From the sequence record DRR723986_4014: a stretch of DNA of 64,000 nt; one strand, written 5' to 3'. Shown here in pieces: positions 1 to 7,691 of this stretch. Within the stretch, counting starts at the first letter, position 1; each line of letters begins with the position of its first letter. Under the pieces are notes generated by a model, which saw only the letters and a program-made list of their open reading frames with translations, was not told where the DNA came from and did not search any database. A program made the translations under genes and the position numbers.

Positions 1-61
1 AACCATGCGTTGCAACGAAGTCGCCGAGCCAGTCAACTTTAAGAAACAGCCGACGTTATCT
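1..61 (+). repeat. attC-like site, cut by the window edge and apparently missing most of its right arm
   Basis: AACCATGCGTTGCAACGAAGTCGCCGAGCCAGTCAACTTT closely matches CACCCTGCGTTGCACCGGAGTCGCCGAGCTAGTCGACTTT at 2071-2110; ends in GTTATCT at 55-61. Confidence 0.6.
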
Positions 62-829
62 GGCTTCGCTTACGTGAACACGTTTACGTTTGACAATTTC
101 TACTACTTCGATTGTCAGCCCTACGACGAAAGCTGGTACGCCTACACGCATCCTCAAAAAGATCCGTTCTTGCATGGGCGCTTTTCAGTAGAGCAATGCG
201 CCTTTGTTTCACATGCCGAGAAGCTAGGTAAGTTTGACGAAACTCAGATATCTGAGATTGAACGACTTCTTGCAGTGCATCGAGACGAGATGCATCTTGA
301 GCAATTTGAGATTCACAAGAAGTGCCCGAAGCACTACCGCGAAATCTCGCCGAACTCTTACGCTTTCCGCGATTTGTTTTTGCGAATGCGTAACGGTGGT
401 AAATGGGACCCAAAATTCACCGTGGCTTGGGACAAGCTGACTGGCGGCGATCCGGCTTATCGCCTCAACCGAGAATTCGTTTGCCGTGTGACAACTCTGG
501 CATCAGACATTCCCCAGGATCAATGGATGGAAGAATTAAGCGAAAGCTGTCAGGACACGTGGACATACGACATTGCGCCATATCGCGAAGATGCTGAAAC
601 GTTTGAATCATACTTATCCGAAACTGTAGACACGATCTATTCGCCAACAGAGCCAAAAGAACATCTATACAAAGTTGAACGGATATTCTCGATAAACTCC
701 CTTTCAAATCTATATTTGATTCGTCATTCACGTGACACATACTTTTACTACAATGACCTTGGTGATGTTGTGGTTCCGGTGTTTCTGCCTCCGCAAAGCT
801 CTTCGTGGATGCCCAACTACATACTGTGA
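5..829 (+). CDS. Hypothetical protein (cassette ORF); true start uncertain because the ATG lies inside the attC-like repeat (GTG at 74 is an alternative)
   Basis: 274-aa ORF flanked by attC-like repeats; no family recognised. Confidence 0.6.
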   Translation: MRCNEVAEPVNFKKQPTLSGFAYVNTFTFDNFYYFDCQPYDESWYAYTHPQKDPFLHGRFSVEQCAFVSHAEKLGKFDETQISEIERLLAVHRDEMHLEQFEIHKKCPKHYREISPNSYAFRDLFLRMRNGGKWDPKFTVAWDKLTGGDPAYRLNREFVCRVTTLASDIPQDQWMEELSESCQDTWTYDIAPYREDAETFESYLSETVDTIYSPTEPKEHLYKVERIFSINSLSNLYLIRHSRDTYFYYNDLGDVVVPVFLPPQSSSWMPNYIL

Positions 830-834
830 TCGCC

Positions 835-924
835 AGGCAATTACATTGTGCACCGAAGTCGCGTCGGTTCCCGCAATTTGAAGTATTGCTCACTCGCGCA
901 ACTGGGTGGACATTGTCGTTATCC
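835..924 (+). repeat. attC-like site (degenerate left core AGGCAAT, right core GTTATCC)
   Basis: Left arm AATTACATTGTGCACCGAAGTCGCG aligns with the reverse complement of the right arm, AACGACAATGTCCACCCAGTTGCGCG; 90 bp. Confidence 0.7.
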
Positions 925-942
925 GACTGAAGCCAGCGGGAT

Positions 943-1443
943 TTGATGATCGACGAGTTGCTACTGTTAACTGTGTTTCCGCTGCTGTTTGCTGCGTTAC
1001 CCATTGTTGAATTGAAGTGCTTGTTTCGCGAAACTGAATCCGGTCGCATTCCATGGAATCGGCCCAAAAGCTCACCTAGACCTGCTATCCAACTTGCGAG
1101 CGGACTGCAGGCAACATGCGCGCTGTCACTGTTCGCGTTGATCTGGCTGTTGATTTTTGCCGGTTGCTGCCTCGCGGATCCTGCAGGACGGTCGCTCTTT
1201 GATCCAATGGGGCTGGGAGCACTTTCGCGGCGCAACCCTGATTCTGTCGCTACCGTATGGGCGGCGCTATCGAGCACCGCTCTAGTTCTCCATCTGCTCT
1301 TCGCTCCTGCTCTTGCGTTGACCGCAAACCTCCGACTTCCGAATCTGCTTGCAGTTCCCGCGTCCGTGCCATTGTTTACCGTCTCATGCTACACTGCATG
1401 GGCCGTGTTCCACCCGCTGTTCGCTCTCGAGAATGGCGGATAA
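943..1443 (+). CDS. Hypothetical membrane protein (cassette ORF)
   Basis: 166 aa with several hydrophobic segments; TAA stop overlaps the GGATAAC core of the next attC-like site. Confidence 0.7.
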   Translation: MMIDELLLLTVFPLLFAALPIVELKCLFRETESGRIPWNRPKSSPRPAIQLASGLQATCALSLFALIWLLIFAGCCLADPAGRSLFDPMGLGALSRRNPDSVATVWAALSSTALVLHLLFAPALALTANLRLPNLLAVPASVPLFTVSCYTAWAVFHPLFALENGG

Positions 1444-1528
1444 CCATCGCATTCACTCGGAGCCGAGTTTTCGAGCTTTTTCAAATAGAAACCCAACTCT
1501 CCCGGCCCGGTGATGCGGGTCGTTCGCC
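1438..1528 (+). repeat. attC-like site (GGATAAC ... GTTCGCC), the best preserved
   Basis: AACCATCGCATTCACTCGGAGCCG ... CGGCCCGGTGATGCGGGTCGTT forms an imperfect hairpin with unpaired extra bases; 91 bp. Confidence 0.85.
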
Positions 1529-1550
1529 TTCTTTGAGACGCAGCAGATCT

Positions 1551-2102
1551 TTGACAAACCCCTATACGCCCACGCGTGGTATTCGCGAGAGACTGGCAGA
1601 TGAAGCTGGAGCCCGGCAGTCATCGGCTTACGTCGGCAAAGCGACGCTGATCGTTGCTGGTCTGTGTCTGTACGCTTCAACGCCGTGGCGTGATGCGATG
1701 CTGTATTCGAGTATTCAGCAGCATGGCGGCTTTCCGCCAGCCGCTGACTCTATTGCCATAGGAATCGCCGCATCTTTCGTATCAATGATCGTCTTCTCTC
1801 CGATCGCGATGTTTCTCATTGGTTACGGGATAGGTCTCGCCAATGGATTGTATTTACTGCCATCGGTCCAAAGGTCTACTATTGTGTGGGGCGTCTGCGC
1901 GTCAATCGTCGTTGCAGTAATATTATGGATCGAAATTGAGACCCTCGTAATTGCCGCTAATTACGGTCCTGACTGGGGCTCGATTGCGTTAACATTCATC
2001 TATTTGGTCTATGCCTACATATGGTGGTGTTGCTCAATTTCCCACAAACGAATAGACAAGGAGACTGGCGCACCCTGCGTTGCACCGGAGTCGCCGAGCT
2101 AG
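1551..2102 (+). CDS. Hypothetical membrane protein (cassette ORF); probable TTG start at 1551 rather than 1257
   Basis: The longer ORF call runs through the upstream gene and attC; TTG at 1551 gives MTNPYTPT followed by about four TM-like segments; the stop lies inside the next attC. Confidence 0.65.
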   Translation: MTNPYTPTRGIRERLADEAGARQSSAYVGKATLIVAGLCLYASTPWRDAMLYSSIQQHGGFPPAADSIAIGIAASFVSMIVFSPIAMFLIGYGIGLANGLYLLPSVQRSTIVWGVCASIVVAVILWIEIETLVIAANYGPDWGSIALTFIYLVYAYIWWCCSISHKRIDKETGAPCVAPESPS

Positions 2103-2155
2103 TCGACTTTGCTAGACAATCCAACACTGTGATTCGTTGAACGCAGTCTTTCGTC
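2067..2155 (+). repeat. attC-like site (GGCGCAC ... TTTCGTC; both cores carry a point change)
   Basis: CTGCGTTGCACCGGAGTCGC ... GTGATTCGTTGAACGCAG hairpin; 89 bp. Confidence 0.75.
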
Positions 2156-2167
2156 GGTGAATCAGCC

Positions 2168-2980
2168 ATGAGATCTTATATTGCATTCGCGGTCGTTTTC
2201 CACGCGGTGGCCTTGCAGGCGTTCGCAGGTAATGACCGTGCTACGGATATGCGACGGACCATTGAATCCATACGCTCCGAGATTCAAAACAGTCCAGCTC
2301 ATGCCTGGGCTGGAGAATACCGCGGACATGAAGGGATCGACACCTTTACAACGCTGTATGTCGCTCCGAAGGCGGGAATTGCTTACGAGATGCACGGAAA
2401 TAGCGGCGTTTACGAGAGCAACTGCGGTTCAATTGAGATAGACGGGGACAAGATCTCAATTTCTTGGCGTCATCCCGAGGAACACGCTCATGTGCCTACA
2501 ATTGAACGTGAGCTACTCGTTGTGCTGTGGGATGATCTCGTCTTTCTTGTTCCTCGATGCGCGATTCACCGCTTTTGTCTAGATGCCAAACAGCATCGCT
2601 ATCGGTTATTGTCGAGTGAACTCACCCGAAATAGCGGAGCACAAAAGCAATTAGCCGGCAAACCTACGCTACCCAATGAATTCCAGATCTTCTGGGATCT
2701 TCCGCAGATGGAAGCTAGCAACGTATCAATCGCCAAGCCGCAATTCAAAAAAATTGACGCTGAGACTACACGGGCTACTCAGACGGTTACTTTGGATAAG
2801 GGTTCAGCACAGCATATTTACGTTGGAATGAGTTTAGAATGTCCACGTATCGCTCGTCGCTTCACCGTGACTGCAACAGACCAAGACTCCTGTACCGCAG
2901 AATCGATCGTTGTCGTGAAAAGCGGATCACCGCTGCGTCCAGCCCGACGTCGTTGGAGGTTAACGACATCCACGCGGTAG
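2168..2980 (+). CDS. Hypothetical secreted protein (cassette ORF)
   Basis: 270 aa; N-terminal signal-peptide-like MRSYIAFAVVFHAVALQAFA. Confidence 0.75.
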   Translation: MRSYIAFAVVFHAVALQAFAGNDRATDMRRTIESIRSEIQNSPAHAWAGEYRGHEGIDTFTTLYVAPKAGIAYEMHGNSGVYESNCGSIEIDGDKISISWRHPEEHAHVPTIERELLVVLWDDLVFLVPRCAIHRFCLDAKQHRYRLLSSELTRNSGAQKQLAGKPTLPNEFQIFWDLPQMEASNVSIAKPQFKKIDAETTRATQTVTLDKGSAQHIYVGMSLECPRIARRFTVTATDQDSCTAESIVVVKSGSPLRPARRRWRLTTSTR

Positions 2981-2989
2981 CGAAGAACC

Positions 2990-3080
2990 GACGAACTATG
3001 TGTTGCACGGTAGTTCCGGTGCCCGTTCGACTCTGCACAACCATTAGCCTACCGGAACACCGCGAGCAGATCCGTTTCCA
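2990..3080 (+). repeat. attC-like site (GACGAAC ... GTTTCCA)
   Basis: TGTTGCACGGTAGTTCCGGT ... ACCGGAACACCGCGAGCA hairpin with extra-helical bases; 91 bp. Confidence 0.75.
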
Positions 3081-3429
3081 CGCTAAGCAATGGACGGGCC
3101 GGAACCGGAATGTCGACCAGAACGGACCAGATACGGCCGGGGTGGTGGACTGCTGACTAGGGTGAAACTATTTGTTTCTGGCATGGACGAAGCTGCCGAT
3201 GTTTTGTTCCACCGGGCTCTACCAGTGATGGCAGACCAGCTCGGCAAATAGTTGGGCTGTCGAGCAAAACGCAGAGGCGCGGTGTCGCGGAGAACTGGCG
3301 GACAGGAATCCTCCGCGTGCTTTGGGGCGTCAGGCTTCGCGAGACGCCACTGAGTCGCAGGGTTGTGTTCGCTACATTGATTGATCGCTCGTCGTCGGCC
3401 GCGTGCCCCGTACCTTACTGCGTCTATTT

Positions 3430-3912
3430 ATGATTACTATTGACCTTGAACAATTCGTCGTGTCGGGCAGTATTCCCAAAATCGATCACCAAACTACGCG
3501 CGCTGATCTACTGGAACTGCTTGGACCCAATGAGCCAGGTTATCCTGACGTCATGAGCTACGGACACGTCGGGTTTGACTTTCCAGGCGGCTCAAAGTTT
3601 CTACGTGGGGTCTTAATATCTTTTCCACGGTTCTTCACGGGTAACGAGCGGCAGCGGCAAATCGATTCTTGGCCCGAAAAGCGATTCGAGTAGAGGTTGG
3701 GCCGGCTGACGCAGCACCTGACAGTCGATGAGGCTCGAAAGATCCCCGAGCTATCCGATTGGCATTGCTATGACGATTATTGGAACTCGTCTGGAGTCGG
3801 TTGCACGATGGAATCGCCGGCGACTGGGGTTATGATACGCTTCCGGGCGGCCGCGGAATCGGAACCACGTGTAATCGAATTCATTACGGCCTACATCCGA
3901 CCTCCAAGTTGA
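3430..3912 (+). pseudogene. Cassette ORF interrupted by an in-frame TAG at 3691-3693
   Basis: ORFs 3403..3693 and 3697..3912 share a frame: ...WPEKRFE*RLGRLTQ...; TAG is one base from TGG (Trp). Confidence 0.65.
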
Positions 3913-3994
3913 GGGGCGGGGGAAGGAAGGCTGGAATTCGTTGGACGCGAGCAAGAAACGCGATACGGTTACAAAGTGGCGAAACCAAAGAGCG

Positions 3995-4070
3995 CAGAAT
4001 GCTGCACGCCGAGTCATCAAGCGACTTGTATTTTCGTGGATTATCTTGGCGACCGCATAATCTTTCATTT
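3995..4070 (+). repeat. Highly degenerate attC-like remnant (boundaries approximate)
   Basis: TGCACGCCGAGTCATCAAG ... CTTGGCGAC inner arms resemble the other repeats; outer cores not recognisable. Confidence 0.35.
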
Positions 4071-4088
4071 CCATGGACGAACTAAAAA

Positions 4089-4475
4089 ATGAACCGGATC
4101 ACCCATCGCGTATTTGGTACTTTGGAGAAGCTGTCTGAGATCCCCGACGTCAATATGCATTGGTGGAGAGGCTCGCTGATTTTTCCACCGATAGCCGCAC
4201 GCGTGGCGTTGGAACTACACGCAGTGCCGACGGGACCAAATGACATCCAAGTTTATTCGTACGAAAAACTCTTGCAGAACTATTCAATGCTGCGCGAACG
4301 CGGCACGGAGAATGGTGACGTCCCCTCAGACTCTGATGATTGTCACCTAACAAAGATTACGTTTTTCGTGAACGGACACCTCGATCTTCACTTCAATTCC
4401 GGCGGGGAAGAGTGTCTGATATACGCGGACGCCGATGCCGCGTACATGACGCCCAGCGAAGCGATGGAGTGCTGA
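4089..4475 (+). CDS. Hypothetical protein (probable cassette ORF)
   Basis: 128-aa ATG ORF between attC-like remnants. Confidence 0.55.
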   Translation: MNRITHRVFGTLEKLSEIPDVNMHWWRGSLIFPPIAARVALELHAVPTGPNDIQVYSYEKLLQNYSMLRERGTENGDVPSDSDDCHLTKITFFVNGHLDLHFNSGGEECLIYADADAAYMTPSEAMEC

Positions 4476-4518
4476 TGCGCCTCGGTGTGTATGCTTCGCT
4501 TGTTGACGCGATCAGTGC

Positions 4519-4588
4519 GACGAACGAGCGCATCCATTCAGGCCGCACAAGCGGGCCAGTGCGTCTGCTGGTGCAAGGTTCGTTAATG
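4519..4588 (+). repeat. Short attC-like hairpin (GACGAAC ... GTTCGTTAATG)
   Basis: AACGAGCGCATCCATTCAGGCCGCAC ... GTGCGTCTGCTGGTGCAAGGTTCGTT imperfect inverted repeat. Confidence 0.5.
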
Positions 4589-4664
4589 GCCGTCAAAGGC
4601 ACAATGCGAGTTTTGGTGAAAAAGCGTTGTATTGCTATTCTCTAACGTGAGGTTAACCAAACCA

Positions 4665-5084
4665 ATGGAGTGCTGGAGTGGCCAATATTCGTTTGACGCT
4701 CGCTTTGAGTCCGTTTTTCCGGGTGGCCTCAAGACGGTGGACTTTGAGTTCACTTTTCGTTTGCGGCTGTTCGGCATTTTGACCGGAGAGATTCGTGATG
4801 GTGCTGACGGAATTCCAGAACCAGCTACCGCATACGGCAGAATCGTCGCTTATAAATCGATTTGGTTCACCAAGACCTATCCACGCACTTGGGCTCCCGC
4901 CCCAGAGACCGGCGAGTTGTACGTCTTCGACAACCGCAAGCATGTTGTAAGATACAGGGGTGTCTATGATTCTCCCGAAGTTCTTCTTGGCACATGGGAG
5001 ATCCACTCGCAGCGTCGAGTAGTAAACGGCACTGAGTACGAGATCCCTCGAGTTACGGGCACATGGAACGCGCGTAAATCCTAG
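4665..5084 (+). CDS. Hypothetical beta-rich protein (probable cassette ORF)
   Basis: ATG at 4665 is in frame with ORF 4632..5084; W-x-G-x-Y start and GTW motifs; followed 5 bp later by a GGCGAAC core. Confidence 0.7.
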   Translation: MECWSGQYSFDARFESVFPGGLKTVDFEFTFRLRLFGILTGEIRDGADGIPEPATAYGRIVAYKSIWFTKTYPRTWAPAPETGELYVFDNRKHVVRYRGVYDSPEVLLGTWEIHSQRRVVNGTEYEIPRVTGTWNARKS

Positions 5085-5089
5085 AAGTG

Positions 5090-5165
5090 GGCGAACTAGG
5101 GGATGCACAACGCGACGCCCCTCCATGCTCGTTCCCTGCGTCACTGCCGGTGGATCGTGATATGA
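5090..5165 (+). repeat. Degenerate terminal attC-like site
   Basis: GGCGAACTAGGGGATGCAC...GCGACGC pairs partially with GCGTCAC...GTGGATC. Confidence 0.4.
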
Positions 5166-5436
5166 GTACCGAGCACGCGCCTTGAACAGGTGACAACCTA
5201 ACTCGCGAAGCGGCGAGAGTAGTGAAATCAGGTAATAGATCAACAGGGCGATTGAGGCGGGTTCAGTGCTGAATTTTCGTTGACATGCCAATGTCGGTTC
5301 AACGTGATCCAAAGTGGATTACGCGCATTTCACTCGCTTTGCGAGTTTAAATCAATCTCTGTTCGCAGGGTTTTCGCAGCCCAGCTATGGTACTTGGGGA
5401 GGTCCCAGATGTTCGCCGATAATCGTTCAAAGAAAA

Positions 5437-5865
5437 TCACGCTTCGATTGGTCCATCAGTCACCAGGAACCGTCTAAATCGATCACGCAGCGCAGCTTCA
5501 ATTCTTCGCGGGCGTTCCGTTTCGAAGTCGATGAAGAGTCCACGCTGTCGCCCTGTAGCAGCAACCTTGCCTGTACCGCTAACAAACTCAAAATCCATCC
5601 ATGCGGAAGCCTTCGACAACTCAGAAAGCCAGATCTTGCCGAGCACCGTGTCCCCCAAGCGTAGCGGATGTTTGTAAGACACGACCGTGTCCATGAGGAT
5701 AGGGACGAAGCCGTCCTTGCCAGTATCGGCAATGGGTAGCCCCACCGCATCGAGTAGCTTGCACCGTCCAATTTCCATCCATTTGATGTATACGATATTG
5801 CTCACATGTCGCATGTAGTCAATTTCGTATGGATAAATCTGAAGTTCGAACTCTAAGTGTTTCAT
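5437..5865 (-). CDS. Acyl-CoA thioesterase (4HBT/YbgC hot-dog fold)
   Basis: YEIDYMRHVSNIVYIKWMEIGR matches the D-x-x-x-H-V-x-N-x-x-Y motif; YKHPLRLGD. Confidence 0.9.
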   Translation of the reverse strand: MKHLEFELQIYPYEIDYMRHVSNIVYIKWMEIGRCKLLDAVGLPIADTGKDGFVPILMDTVVSYKHPLRLGDTVLGKIWLSELSKASAWMDFEFVSGTGKVAATGRQRGLFIDFETERPRRIEAALRDRFRRFLVTDGPIEA

Positions 5866-5970
5866 GACTCTTTATCGACCTAGCGCAGATGTGTGAGTAC
5901 CGCCTCCGGGAGAAGCAGCCATTCGGGCATCCAACCGGCGGAGCTGTCGACAAGCCGCATTGCCTGCTAA

Positions 5971-6010
5971 CAACGAAAGAAGGCTGCCAGTAGTGGCAGC
6001 CTTCTCGTTG
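5971..6010 (-). terminator. Intrinsic terminator downstream of the BI-1 family gene
   Basis: AGAAGGCTGCCA-GTAG-TGGCAGCCTTCT perfect stem; T-rich tail on the minus strand. Confidence 0.75.
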
Positions 6011-6038
6011 ATTTTCAAAAGTGAATCGACTTACGGAA

Positions 6039-6776
6039 CTACTCGCGAAGCGAAGAGAGTAGTCGAATCAGGTAGTAGAACAACAGGGCGACTGAGGCGA
6101 ACAACGCCAAGCTGGCCGCAACGTGTTGATCAGTGTGGTAACGATGAAGAACGTTTGATGTGTCGTAAAGGATATATGCCGAAGCAAGCACGACCATCGC
6201 AACTGAGAACCAGACTCCCAGAGTGAATCCGCCGGGGAGAACCATGTTGACAACAATTAGCCCCATGGCGGCGAGGCCCGCAATCCAAAGGATCTTACCC
6301 AGCCAAGAGAAGTCAGCTTTGGTGAGAAATACCATCGCCGTCAGACCAATAAAAATGATCGACGTTAGGATTCCAGCGGTTTGAGGAATCTCCCAACTTT
6401 GTCCAGCGACGTACCAAGCGTAGGACATCATTGGGAGAAAGATCAGGGCTTGAGCGACGATATACAGCCCCAGTCCGGCGTACTGCATCGCTTTGCTCGA
6501 TCGAGGCGATTGGGCCCAGTAGTCAGCAATGTAGCTGGCGCCAACAAACAGGCCGAACACAATGATCATGCCGAACCGCCCCATGCCCATCAGAGTTTGG
6601 AGCACTGTTTCGGGTGGGAAGATGGTCAGCAAAATCGCTTCCAAAACCACGAAGGCGATCACAGCAGCGGAAAGGTGAGTGTACGTCCTTTGAATGAAGG
6701 CTGTCCGCTCGTCGAGCTGTGCATTGGCCGCAATGCGGTAATCCATCGAATTGGTCGTCTGGTCGCCAAACTGCAT
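6039..6776 (-). CDS. Bax inhibitor-1/YccA family membrane protein
   Basis: About seven TM segments; FIQRTYTHL, KADFSWLG, ILYDTSNV motifs; ATG at 6776 has an AGGAG RBS. Confidence 0.9.
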   Translation of the reverse strand: MQFGDQTTNSMDYRIAANAQLDERTAFIQRTYTHLSAAVIAFVVLEAILLTIFPPETVLQTLMGMGRFGMIIVFGLFVGASYIADYWAQSPRSSKAMQYAGLGLYIVAQALIFLPMMSYAWYVAGQSWEIPQTAGILTSIIFIGLTAMVFLTKADFSWLGKILWIAGLAAMGLIVVNMVLPGGFTLGVWFSVAMVVLASAYILYDTSNVLHRYHTDQHVAASLALFASVALLFYYLIRLLSSLRE

Positions 6777-7151
6777 GGCAAAACTCCTGTGAATCCTAAG
6801 AGGCAAAACGTTAGTACCCTAAGATCACGGCACGGGTGCTAAACGTTGTTTCATTCTGTCAATCTTACAGTACGAATGTCAATGTAGCATGGTCAACAAA
6901 TTGCATACCAACTAAAGGAAATATCTTACTGTCGTCAAAGGTGGGGGTTGCGCAGTGCTATTCCAACTGGAAAAACTGCAATCAGCTACATAAAAGTCCG
7001 GTCCGGTGTCCCCGAACAGCTAATGACCAGCGTATCGCCTGGGCACCAGTGCTAACTGCCTGTGCACCCGCCCTGAGGCGACAAGCAACTTCGGAAACCG
7101 TGGCAGAGCCTTAACATGACCGTATTCTACTGAAGAAATGGACCGTTCTGG

Positions 7152-7166
7152 TGGCAAAACGCTTGC
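7152..7166 (+). promoter_or_regulatory. Candidate sigma-54 (-24/-12) promoter for the STAS/ATPase genes
   Basis: TGGCAAAACGCTTGC has the exact GG-N10-GC spacing of the TGGCAC-N5-TTGC consensus. Confidence 0.45.
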
Positions 7167-7312
7167 CGAACCGGTAACTCGCTGGAATGCCGGATTGAAA
7201 GCCGTTAACATCTGTGCGTTGAATGAACCTGCGGGTCACACCTTTCCCCAGAATGGTTCAAGCGAGCATCAGATTTGCCGACATGAACCCCCTCATTGCG
7301 TGGTCATAACCG

Positions 7313-7663
7313 ATGAACCTATCGATTGATAACCAGTCCGACGGCGTCTGTAATATGTCGCTATCGGGCCGCATTAGCCAAACGGCTGCCGACAGTCGCC
7401 TTGACCAGTTCTCCCAGCTATTGGGCGAGGCGAACTATGGCCAGAAAATCCTGCTTTCTCTGCGCGGAACGGACTACATCGATTCCAGTGGAATTGGTTG
7501 GCTACTGGAGACCGACAAGAAGATCAGAGGGGCAGGAGGACAGTTAGTCCTTCACTCGATGCCGTTGGATGTGCAACATGTGTTTGGTCTGATGAAGCTG
7601 CACAAAGTGTTCACCATCGCAAAAGATCAAGACGAAGCCAAGCAGAAAATAGCGTCTGCATAA
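7313..7663 (+). CDS. STAS-domain anti-sigma-factor antagonist
   Basis: LSLRGTDYIDSSGIGWL (SpoIIAA/RsbV DSSG phosphorylation motif); 116 aa. Confidence 0.9.
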   Translation: MNLSIDNQSDGVCNMSLSGRISQTAADSRLDQFSQLLGEANYGQKILLSLRGTDYIDSSGIGWLLETDKKIRGAGGQLVLHSMPLDVQHVFGLMKLHKVFTIAKDQDEAKQKIASA

Positions 7664-7691
7664 CACTTACACTGAACCTGAGGCGACCACA

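Larger units (their letters stand above)
1..5170 (+). mobile_element. Integron-like gene-cassette array (cluster of attC sites; no integrase in window; probably continues upstream of the window)
   Basis: Six short co-oriented hypothetical ORFs separated by related imperfect inverted repeats; four repeats are 89-91 bp; cassette-start and cassette-end cores are complementary (e.g. GTTATCCG 918-925 with CGGATAAC 1437-1444). Confidence 0.8.

Noticed and set aside
465-1277. 270-aa minus-strand ORF
   Set aside because: Antisense shadow spanning two cassette genes and a repeat; no recognisable motifs
1257-1550. N-terminal extension of the 281-aa ORF
   Set aside because: It overlaps the upstream gene and translates the attC hairpin; the TTG at 1551 is more plausible
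1-5170. Repeats read as a CRISPR array or as simple terminators
   Set aside because: The repeats are divergent, ~90 bp, separated by gene-length spacers and lack U-tracts; no cas genes are present
7141-7210. Possible c-di-GMP riboswitch upstream of the STAS gene
   Set aside because: Only a short GGCAA..TTGCC stem; the GEMM GAAA tetraloop and receptor architecture is not evident
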